DNA of 64,000 nucleotides from the human T2T-CHM13v2.0 reference genome, Homo sapiens. The notes under the pieces are model-generated. The model ran no database searches. It was not told the origin of the DNA and worked only from the letters and a program-made list of their open reading frames with translations. Shown here piece after piece: positions 1-13,320 of this stretch; position 1 is the first letter of the stretch; every line of letters begins with the position of its first letter. The stretch lies in assembly GCF_009914755.1 (NCBI RefSeq), contig NC_060926.1. One strand, given 5' to 3'. The position numbers were made by a program, and so were the translations under genes.

Positions 1-99
1 GGTCAATTATCGAATCCTTCCTGAGCTTTCCTCTAACTCCCCTCTCTCCTGACTGTGAATGCTCCCGAGTTCAGCACTCAGTGCTCCCTTTGTGCTCTC

Positions 100-460
100 T
101 TTATTTCTTCAGTCTGTGTGTAATCTTGATAACCTTGGTAATGTCTTTATATAAGCCTCAGTCTCAAGTACTAATTTAAGGAATATAAACAGTTATTTCC
201 CTCGACCCTTTGAAGTTATTGTGCCCTTAGCTTCTAACAGATGATATTGATGGTGAGAAATCGCCTGTCATTCTGAGTGTCTTTTCCTTATAGAAATGAC
301 AATCTGGTTAGGGTCAATGACCTAGATGGATGGTACTCTTTTAGTCACCGTATACCAAAAAGATGCATGGTTTAGTTCTTATTTACACATGAAGAACAGG
401 GTTTTTATTCTCTACCAAGCGTAACAAGCATTTGGCATCTGTTTCTTGGTTGGCATTAAA
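100..460 (-). promoter_or_regulatory. Candidate TATA/Inr core promoter with IR-1 nuclear-receptor element, directing transcription leftwards out of the window
   Basis: The minus strand has TATATAAAG (153-145) 30-32 nt upstream of an Inr-like TTACAC (A at 121). Also present: IR-1 GGGTCAaTGACCT at 311-323, forkhead motifs at 185-191 and 380-386, CCTTTGAA at 207-214 and TTGGCA NFI half-sites at ~432-455. The DNA is non-repetitive. Motif evidence only. Confidence 0.45.
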
Positions 461-2770
461 AATTGGACCAGATCATCTATATATGGTCCTGACTTCCCAT
501 AGATACTTTGGCTCCAGACTCTCTCTCTACTGCTCATAAATTTTCACTCATGATTTTGGATATAAATTATATCTATAGACACAGATACTTTAAAATTTTA
601 AAATGCATTTTATCATGTCTATGTGTTATAGATGGATGATTATATTTTACATGTACTTACAATTCCGTTTGTAATTTTCATTTTTTTAATTTTAAAAAGC
701 AACATCCCTGAACCATTATTATTTTAATGTTTATTATTTCCTACTTATAAATGTGCTGAATGCTATTTATAAAAATTAAAACATTACTGAATTAGATTTT
801 CTTAAAATGTTTCCTAGAAAACAAAGGACTTTTAATGACATTAAAATGGGATGCTATGATGCCAGCAATGATCATCCAACCAAATAATGCAAAGACATTT
901 AAAGAGCAATTGTATATTAACAATTTTCTTCTATTTTTTTTCTCCAGTTTCTTTAATCAATCTGGTCACGTTTTGAGTTTGTTCTGATGGTCACTGATGC
1001 CTCCTCATATTCCATTATTCAGGCCAATTTTATAGCAATATTGACTGACAAATCACATGTTTTGATATGTTATTAATATTTACAGAGCACCCAACCCAGG
1101 TTTATCACTAATGTCACCTTGAGTAGAAAAATGATGCTCAAACATTATTTAAATTTATGGCAACAAGCAAAAGCAATTATTATTATTTTTATTTTAGAAA
1201 CTGATGCAAAGAGTTCATCTCAAATGGCTATCACATAGAATATTCATAACCCAGGATTGCAGTCAACTTTTCTTTGAAGAAATGGAATTCAGGAAAGCTA
1301 ATATCTATAACCACAGATAAAACAGGGGCCCTAACAGAGAAAACTTTACTTATTCTCATCTTGCTCTTCTGGAAATAAATTTTTATTCCCAATATTCTTG
1401 AAAGACTAAAGGAGAAAAACCTTGCTTGCTAAGTTGCACCAAACCTCAGGACACAGTGAGAGGAAGCTGGCCCTCTGTAGGAAGACAAGCCCCAGGAAGA
1501 GAGAATCACTTCTCAGTGGGCTGGGGCAGATATGGTTCAGTTGCTGCTATTTCCTTCACGATGATACAGACAGAAAGAAGGAAACAAAGCACAGCCCCTC
1601 TTTCTTCTTTCTTTCAAATAGAGCAGCATGTATGTCCAGAGTTTTTCAACTGAACGTTATAACACCTGAGTTTACAAATGTATATGTAGTTTACGACATT
1701 TAGTGAGCTCAGAAACTCTGAACTCTTTTCTGGGGAGTGGCTGAGTATTAGAAAAGAATTGAGGTCAGTATCTGATTTAAGTCACTGTTCATCAAATTTT
1801 TAAGAAAAGCCTGATCCTGAAGAACACGTTTGATTAAACACATGACAGTGGAACATAAGTTGGAAAATAGGAAATGTTTTGAACAATCCGGGGAAAGTGG
1901 CCATTACAACTAGCAGCATGAGCTTTCCTCTTGATGTCCTGAAGCTATGTGCCCATTTAATCCCATGTGCATGCTTGACTCTAAAGATGTTGCCTCATCA
2001 ACTGGAACATGAGTAGGCAACACTAAAAAGGCTGCTGATCAGTAGTAACATAATGCCAGCCTAGCTTGCAGAAAACTGTTCTAAAGCCTCTAATAACCCT
2101 CCTTGGAAACTCAAGCAACCAGTAATAACTACTCTGTCTCTCCCACCACTTTGGTACCATTTGTAGAAGTTCTGCTTTCACAAACCAACACTTAAAACTC
2201 CATGCTTTAGTAGGACACTGTCAATTCGATGTTTGAACGAAGCCTTCTGGCCCCTTATCCCATTCCCTAGACACACAACTACCTCGTTTGCAGAAGGGCT
2301 CAGCAGATTCTTTATACCACATTCCTAGGTAGGCATCATATGTAACATAAGAACATGGCTTTAAAACCCCTCTTTATTTCTGCCAACTAGTGAGTTCACT
2401 CTTTCATGTGAATGATTCTATTAATTTTTAAAGGATATTTTTGTTATATACTGTCCAGCATTTGTATGTGTTCATATTGGGACTCTTCCAGGTGGGGGTC
2501 AGGTTTGCAATATTTTCTGCCCTGCTATCAGATCTACTTTTACTCTGATAATTAATGGGCATTTATGTAAGTTAGTAACTATGTATTTTCTATTTCTTGC
2601 ATTTCTAATTGGTTATTGCCTTTTGGTGTTTTTCTTATATTTATTATATTTAATATATATAATACATATTTATATTTATTATATATTTATTTAACCATTC
2701 ATAATTCAATAGTATTCATAACTATTTTTAAAGTTTATTTCAGATCATTTGTAATTTATAAGCCTTGGTG

Positions 2771-3263
2771 TTTCTATTAATCACCTTGGGCTTCCATAAC
2801 AAGATACCATAAACTGGGTGATTTAATCAAGATACATTTATTTTCTCACAGGCTGCAAGCTAGAATCACAGAGTTCAAGGTGCTAGCAGAATGGTCTCTG
2901 GTGAAGCCTTTCTTCCTGGCTTACAGACAGCTGCCTTCTTGCTGTGTCTTCACATAGCATTTCTACTGTGCCTATGGAGACAGAGGGAGAGGGAGAGAAA
3001 AAGGAGAGAGAATGGGAAAAAGAAGGGAGGGAGGAAAGAAAAGGGGGGTAGAGAGGGACAGAGAGAGGGAAGGAGGGAGAGAAAACCAATCCATGTTTCT
3101 TCCTCTTCTTATAAGGACACCAGTCCTATTGGAGTAGGGCCCACCCTTATGAAAAATGTTAATTTTGATTATCTCCTTAAAGGCCCTGTCTCCAAATACA
3201 GTCACATTGGGGGTTAGGCCTTCAGTATATGAATTTGGGGGAGAGACAATTAAGTCCATAACC
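2771..3263 (-). mobile_element. MaLR LTR (MLT1A/B-like) with an internal GA-rich expansion (~2977-3085)
   Basis: Typical MLT1 blocks, e.g. cttataaggacaccagtcctattgga, ccaaatacagtcacattggggg and gtccataac. Confidence 0.75.
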
Positions 3264-6059
3264 ACGTCCAAAACTTTTGCTTTGTTCAAGTTGCTGACTC
3301 TTCACTATGGTGATTTATTTCCTCCAGACAGAATATAAATTAAAAATTAAAAACCTGAAACAAACTTTAAAATGGGTATGATTATAATGTTCAAAGAGAT
3401 AAAAGAGAAAGGATCAAAAGACAATAACTAAATAAAGTTTCTAGAATTGAAAGATATACTTAATTACTAAGTTAAATATATGCACGTTTGTCATTTTTGG
3501 CTGAGAGCTCATTTTTAGTATTGGCCCCCATCCAACACTCCTCGTGTACTCCGGACAGTGGAGGAATCACTGCAAGGCACAGTTGCACTTTGCTTCCCAA
3601 GGCTCCATAGGTTTCAGCCATTCTCTGTGGCTTTTTGTCTGGATAATTTCCTGTCCAAGTTTCCTACAAGACATAGGTATTGTGTTTGGGGAACACAAGA
3701 CCTAAAATTTGAATCTCAATAGAATATCTGATAAAAATTAAGAACAGATGCCTGAGTATATAATTTGTATTATCTATATAATATTGTTAAATGGTATATA
3801 TTTCTCCAATCACTTTCTCAAACATTCTCAAGCAACAAAGTCTCCTTAAAATGTGTATATATATTTAAAACACACGTATCTGATTCTTGAGGAAATCCAG
3901 CTGAATTCCATAATTCTAATGAAGATGTTCCTTCCACACCCTTCAGTTTTGCTGCTGCAGTGAAAACAAACAAACAAAACCCTAGCAATTGTACGTGGAG
4001 GAAATTTGCAGCGTATTTATGATGATAATGTACTGTATGAAATGCATCTTTTGTGTGACTGGTTACTGAGCTGCTCTATTTAACTGATTATACACACATA
4101 TTAAAGCTTTAAATAGCAGGAGGTCTGTTTATATTTGACCCAATGTTGACTTTGTGGTCTTCTCTCAGTGCAAGTGCCAGTAAGTCTCTCAGCCTAAGCT
4201 GTGTGGGGATGCAAACTAACACATCGAGGGTTGATAATGCGTGACAGATACCAGAATATATGCTTAAAACTCTTCGCTCATTTTATATTTATAGCAACAC
4301 TTTGAGGTATACATTTTATTTTACAAATATTACAAATGAGGAAATTGGGTCTCAGAGCAATATTTGTGATCAAGTCATCCAGCTACCAATGAAATTAATA
4401 TATGAACCTAAGCTTTTACTCCAAAATACATACTTTGTACAGAAGATGATTTTTGTTTCAGAATTGAATGCTCTGTTAGAATGTGCTTTTAATAATAATA
4501 TGCATCTCCCAAAGTACATCTTCTTAATTTAATCACCTTTTTTGCAAGTAAAATCTTTTATCCAAATCTTTTAATTTTTGTTTTTCAATGGCTGCTTGCA
4601 AGACTTACTCATTTTGATAATAAAAAACAAAATCATGGAGGAGAAACTCCTTTGTTTTCAAAGTGAGAAAGAAATGTGTAGGTGAAATTTTGAGAGAAGC
4701 TGCATGTTTGAATTATTATCTTAGTTCAAGTGATACAAGAAAAGACCAATTGTATTCTGAATACAAAAGAAATTATTGCAAACTAGACTATATTTGATTT
4801 ATTAAAACGTATCATCTGCCTTGAGCCCACTAGAAAAAGTGGAAAAAGCATAATCATCTATTAAATATAAAATCTGATTCAAAATGTATCATTTTTTCAT
4901 AGCAAGAAGGTCTCTCTCAAAAAAGTTTTTCATAAGTCATGTTGGCATTATGTTTCTACTAATCAGCAGCATTTTTAGTGTTGCCTAAGCATGTCCTAGT
5001 TGATGGAGCAATATCTTTAGATCCAAGAATGCACACAGGGTTAAATATGCACATAGCTTCAGAACATCAAGGAGAAAGTTCAGGCTGTTAGTTGTGATGG
5101 CCACTTTCCCCAGATTGTTCAAAACAGTTCCCATTTCACAACTTATGCCCCATTGTCATATTATATGTGTAATACAACATGTTCCTCAGGATCAGGACTT
5201 CCTTAAAAATTAAATGAACCCAAGTGTATCCCCTTAAAGAATATTAATTAAAGAACTGAGTAGGTATTATTTAGAATGTCTATCCAAACTTTTGAGTTTC
5301 TTGGTCAACATGAAAACCACTCCCCAAGAAGTATCCATATCTCATTGAACTGATCCAAATCTCTTATTTATATACCTAAAGCAGGCAGCTAAGTATGGGT
5401 CACATAAGTAGGTACAAACAAATGGCTATCTTAAGAATATGATTTTCATTCTGAGGAATCATCTGCTTTTTCAGGAAATGTATAATATACATTGTAAAAT
5501 ACTAAGAACATAGAGCATGTAAAATTTTAATGTGCACACAGAAGTCTTTTAAACCTTTTCACTCACTAGGTGGTCCCCTATTAAAATAAAATAAATCTTC
5601 ATCCAAAGAGAAAACACTTAAAATGTGCAGACTTTTCAGATTCTAGTTCCCCAAAGAATTCATTTTTCTTAATTTTGTCAGGTATAATAAAATTATCAGT
5701 TCCCAGGAAAAATAATTAAAGCACTTAGCATGATGTTTTACTTTCAGTATTTAAAAATCACTATTTCTTATGATCAGTAATTTGGGATTCTATTAGATTT
5801 TATGATATAAATATAGATTTATACTATAGATACTAATGACTCTGGACTCTCCAGACACCTGTTACTTAAGTCAGAAACCAAGATATCTTCCACGAGCTTC
5901 TTTAAAATTATGCAGAGAATGCAAAATTATCACAAAGCAGGGCATAGACAAAGGAAGTACACAAATCCCACCAAATGATATTTTGCATGTGTTTCAAATT
6001 CCTTCCAAGCCAGAGCCATGTTTATATAGAAACAGCCTTGGTTAATGTATTATTTCCAT

Positions 6060-6600
6060 CAATTTATTTTAATATATTCATTTATTTAAATATGTATTGA
6101 GTGGTTCCTGTATATGAGGCACTACCCCTTGCACTAGGAATTTAAAAATAAAAACACACAGTAAAATGAAAAAAAGAGCCCCAGTCCCTGCCCTCAAAGA
6201 GCTGAGAAGCTAGTCGGGGAAAATGTAAAATGAAATAAGTATAGTTCAATGTACTAAAGCAATGTTGCTGTGTGGGATGGGTAGTGAGCACTGGGAAGGA
6301 CTATGTATTCTGCTGAGGGTGTTCTGTGAAGATTTCACAATGAGTCAAAAATGAACCAGTGGGAAAAAGGAAAGCATTCAGTAGAGAAGGGGAAGTGCAT
6401 ATGGAGGCAGTTCCCAGGCCTTTGCTGGTGGAAGGATATTTAGATCTGTGTTTCTCAATTTGTTTTCCTTCAAGAACCAAAATCAGAAACCACTCAAGTA
6501 CTTGTATAGATTGCCAGATTCCACCTAGAACTACTGAATCAGAATCCTTAAGGATGGGACCAAACCACATGCTTAACCTGTACCTAGGTCGAACTTGTGA
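6060..6600 (-). mobile_element. L2 3' fragment followed by a MER5-like (hAT-Charlie) fragment
   Basis: L2 3' motif ttcatttattt...tattgag...ccctgccctcaaagagct; MER5 motif ctactgaatcagaatc. Confidence 0.5.
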
Positions 6601-7443
6601 GCAGTATCAGATGCACAGGAGGTCAGTGACATATCACTAAGAGCTAACAATAGTTTCTTACGAAGGTACCACCATCTCCTCCCTATAGGCTACCACTTAT
6701 AATATCTTTTAAAATTGCATTGATTAAATTGTTTTCTACACACTAAAAAACAACAAAAAAAACTTAGTTAAAGCATTGTTTAAAATGGCAAATATTTATT
6801 ATGCTTTCTTGAATAACGTGAGCTTCCTAAAACCTATGTCATTTTTCTGAACTGTGGAAATTGTTCCACTCACTGCCAGTGGGTGAAGAGAGACACAGAG
6901 TGTTAGCGCTGGTTGGGAGCAGTTAGGTTTCCAATGAGCAAAAATATCTGTGAGGTCACTGAATAGCATGCATCACAGTTACATAAATTAGTCCACACCA
7001 ATATCTCTGTTATGATCATAGTCGTAATAACAAATCCCTACTGATATTTGCATACCACATTTAAGATAAAAATCTAAAATAACTTTTAAAGTAGAAACAC
7101 CTGGCTATAATTTGCAATGGTGCACAATCAATTTCAGCTGTTAGCTATTACTCAATAATGTAAATCTGATTATATCTCCCTGATTTAAATAACAAATTTC
7201 CCCCAACTCTTTTCGAGTTTAGAAGCCTTCTAATCTTCCTTCATTTCAGTGATAAGCATGGACAGAGAAAATATTGTTCTATTATAGAAAAAGTAAAAAA
7301 CAAAATAACAAAAAATACTATAAGTGGACCAGATGCTGTCTTTAAATGGCAGCTTAACTTTTCAATGAGGATTTGCATTCTTACAATTGCCATATTGTTC
7401 TTTTGCTTCCAGAGGTAAATCTTTTTAAAAAATAGCTTTCTTA

Positions 7444-7782
<339 letters not shown>

Positions 7783-9539
7783 TTATGTACATTCATAGGA
7801 AGTAAATCACAATTTGAGATATTATTGTTCTATCTTATTCTCATCTCCAACATTATCTGAGAAGTTAATAAGAGTGAAAAACTTATAAATTTGGCAAATT
7901 AGTTAAGAGTTTAAAACCTGCTTAAAAGCTTTTTCATTTGAAATTTCTTGAGATATGTACTTTGTCTGAAAGTTATAAAAATACTTACTAAAACAAAACT
8001 ATGTTTAAATATGCATACAGTGTACTTTTAGCACTTTATCGATTCCATAAAAACAAATAGAGATAAAGACCAGCATACCTGCCATATAAATAAAAGTATA
8101 TTTAGGGCAAGAAAGGTGGCTGTCAAATAAGTCCTCAGTTTTTTTACAGTAATACACACACCTTCTTTCTAAAATGACAAAAATTCAAAACCAAATAAAG
8201 AGTCCAAATAACAACCCTTCTTATTCAAGTCCAAAGAGGTGACAATAACATTCTATTATTTAACAAAAAATAAAGGTTGGAAAAATAATGTTGTTTCATT
8301 AATTTCAGAAATGGCAATTAGGTGCCAAAAAATCTTTGTCATATAACGGTGATATAAATATAAATACAGCATATTCTTTATGGTGTATTTATATTTTTTA
8401 TGTTTATATTCTTTATGCAGCTCAAAATCTAGTGGGGCTTAAAGAACCAGAGGAAACAAATTATGAACTTGGAACTTCCTGGTACAATAAATAACTTTGA
8501 ATATTTATCTTTCTCAGATATTGGATCTACCTAATTTGCCCCAATCCTTTTTTTACAACAATATAATTGTTGCCTATGATGTCCTTAGTTTGTTTCCTTA
8601 TAATGCAGTCCCATGATTCCTATAAGGGGCTTCTCCAAGTTTGTGTTGACTCATAAAGATGAATTCTTGGTCCATTCAGCACTTCGTTCAGGTGAGAAGC
8701 GCTGTGATTTATAAAATGCTAATTCACGTTTGGGGATTCATGGATCATTTTTTACTACTTTCCAACATTCTCCAAATTAGCTTTTAACTATGCACATTTC
8801 CAGACTTACACCAGATGTAGAACCAAAATAACCTCAACAGCTCATAAACACTTCCATTTACTCTTATCAGAGCATAATGTTATATAATTTTGAAATTCAC
8901 TTTCTTCTTTGAGGAATGGGAGTAAATTAAAAGAAAAAAATACACACAAATGTAAAAGGCTTAAATAACAGCCAGATGTCAGGAAAATTGCAGCCATAGT
9001 AATCAGATTCTAAGGTATATTAGCAAAATTTTCTGGAGGCAAAATTTGAAGAAATAAGAAAAATTTCGGAAGACACACCTTAACCTCTGTAAATACTAGT
9101 TAGCCTCTTGACTGAAGAGTAACGACTGGTTACCCTAGCTTGTAAACACTGGCATACCAGTACCAGTTAGTTTCCAGAGAGCCGAATGAGAATTCAGAGG
9201 TTCACAGCAGGTGCGAAAATATTGACAAATAAAACTTCATTTGCTTATTTATTTTTTTGTTGATTTATTTGTTGAGCAACATGATTTGTCATTTAAACTT
9301 TTCTGTTAGCATTTTAATTATGCACCTTAGTTCATCCAAACTTTAACCTTATCGGCAAACTAGTCCAACCTTCTAGAAAATAGAGGAGAGAACTTCACAG
9401 CACCCCTGCCATGTTATTATGTATTGACTAAGTAAACAGTTTCAGGGAAGAGAAGTCACAGTTTTGTGAAACAATTCACGTTAATGTGAGATTGATAACT
9501 ACCATAGATCTTTTTTTCAGTCCTTAGAAATCATTACCA

Positions 9540-10860
9540 TTTATTCATTCAACAAATATTTATTGTGTGTCTACAATGTGCTAGGAAATAGAAAACAAAT
9601 AGGGAAGCATATGAATAATTTCAGACTTGTGGAAAGTGCTACAAGTAACATGAGAAAGTAAGGTGATAGAAAAAGTCACACGTTGGAGTGAACTAAGATA
9701 AGGTGATGGTGGGTTCAAGTGAGACCTGAAGAATGAGAAGGAGTAGCCCTATAAGAACCTAGAAGCACAGTTTAGTGCACCACAATCCAGACAAAACAGC
9801 TAGAAAATGCAAAGCTTCTGAAGTGAGAGAGGACATGGCAAAAGGACATTCATAAGATGAGATTGGAGAGAAAAGAGAGCAAGTTACGCCAGGTCAAGCG
9901 GGCGACCAAAGAAGAGAGTTTAAGATTTCTTCTAAGATGAGTGGAAAGCCACTTACGGATTTTAAGCTGGGAAAATGACATGATTTTACTTACGTTGGAA
10001 AAAACATCAGTCTGATTGTTATGAAAAATCTGGATGATGGTGGAGTAAATGTGAAAGACCCATTAGGAAGCCGTAGGAATAGTCTCAGTGAGATATGATT
10101 GTTTTTGAGAATATGGTCATGGAAGTCATTATCAAAGAGAAAGCATGGGTTCAAGGCGTATTCTGTAGGGATGAACGGTAATGAGTTGTCAATAAATGTT
10201 AGATTTTGTGATTGAGATAAAGAGAATAATTAAGGATACATTTAAGGTTTCTGATTTGAACAAGTGAGTAATAATTGTGCTCTTAAAGAGATGAAGAAGA
10301 ATAAGGTAGAAAGAGTTTTTGGAAATATTAAAATAAGTTTCGTCCATGTTTAATTTGAAACAGCTTTGAGGCACCCAAATGCACCAATAGTCAACTAGTT
10401 TGAAGTATATGATTTTAGCCTAGTGGAGAAGCCTCAGCTGGACAAATTTTGCAGTTTTTATCACACAGATGCTGGGCAAAGCTACGGTGAGGAATGGACC
10501 ACCTTAGGGCTAAAAGTAGAAACAAGAGGGTCTTCTATTGTACTGTGGAGCCATCTCTGATTCATGCAAATAAGACGAGGAGAAATTAGTCAAGGAGAGA
10601 AATGAAAAGAGCCAATTGAAAGTGAGGAGGAAGGTATGGTGTCAAATAGGCCAAGAGAGATATATCATCCATAAAGGAGAAACAGCAGAGATTGGGTAAG
10701 GCAAGGACAAAAACGTGTCCACAGACAAGAGCACTTTCAGTGGAGCAATGAGAACTGAAACTGCACTGGAGGCAAGACTAGTAAGTGAGGAGCTGGAAAC
10801 TCTGTGTAGAGGAAACTTTTGAAAGGTGTGGCTCTAAAGGGGAGCAGAGAGATGAGCATG
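9540..10860 (-). mobile_element. L2 fragments
   Basis: ttcattcaacaaatatttattg 3' end followed by a degenerate purine-rich L2 body. Confidence 0.6.
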
Positions 10861-10862
10861 CA

Positions 10863-11173
10863 GGCTGGGCATGGTGGCTCACGCCTGTAATCCCAACACT
10901 TAGGGAGGCTGAGGTGGACAGATCACCTCAGGTCAGGAGTTGGAGACCAGCCTGGCCAACAGGATGAAACCCTGTCTCTACTGAAAATACAAAAATTAGC
11001 TGGGCGTGGTGGTAGGCGCCTGTGATCCCAGCTACTCGGGAGGCTGAGACAGGAGAATTGCTTGAAGCCAGGAGGTGGAGGTTGCAGTGATGTGAGTCGA
11101 GATCGCTCCACTGCACTCCAGCCTGGGTGGTAGAGCGAGACTCCATCTCCAAAAAAAAAAAAAAAAAAAAAAA
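10863..11173 (+). mobile_element. AluS, full length
   Basis: Dimeric Alu with a 23-nt A-tail. Confidence 0.95.
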
Positions 11174-12034
11174 GAATGCAGCCAGAGAGACATGAGGGGA
11201 AAAGGGACATTGTTTTGTTCATTTCTATTAATAAGAGGCACTAAAGGATGTTTGTTTATAGAAATAAGAAAATAATAGAGAGTGCTGGAACAGGAGAAAA
11301 GAATGACTGAAAGAATAAATTCTTTCACAAGGCAAGAGGGATTGAGATCCACGGTATAAGAGGAGAGACTGGCCTACCCGAGGGATCTTTAGGAAGGCCT
11401 TTTTTTTTTTTTCCACAGGAACTGAAGCCCTTTTTTTCTAAATTGGGCCTAAAAAGTGAGTCATCTAATATTTGCAGGTTACCAATTCATCTGGAGTAAA
11501 ATGTTCTTCGGTGTGCAAAAGGGAAATGCATTTACTTTTTGCTTCCCAATATCCCTAAGGGAGAAGTTTATTCTAGCTCACCAAGACCTACATTCAAGAT
11601 TTCCCTATATGCAAGACAAGTAAGAAGCATGTTTAGAAAAATAATAAACAATCCTGAGGGACTAAGCAGAGAAGAATCACCAGGTTTTTGAAATGAGACA
11701 AATGAAAGTTAGTTAGGTTTTTATTTAACAACTGTATAGTAATTCTAACTTGGTGACATTCAATAGTATAAGTAAAATCCTAGAGGACAACGTGGTATCA
11801 CTGCCTATTACAATAATGTAAGTTGCAATTGAGAGAAAACCTAACCCGAATAGTTCTAACAATGAATACTTCTAGGATCTGAATATTCTAGGGGCATTTA
11901 GGCATTCCTTGGCTCAGGCTCCAAAGTAAGTAATCAAACCCTGCTCCTTCTCTCCCTTCATAAGCCCAGTTTGCTTTTTGAGTGTTGCTTCAGTTCTCAT
12001 GCAGGCTTTCCTCTCTTGCATAAGATGACTGCAT

Positions 12035-13320
<1,286 letters not shown>

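Noticed and set aside
950-1016. Short minus-strand ORF with a good Kozak context (MEYEEASVTIRTNSKRDQID)
   Set aside because: About 20 codons, no recognisable homology and no splice support.
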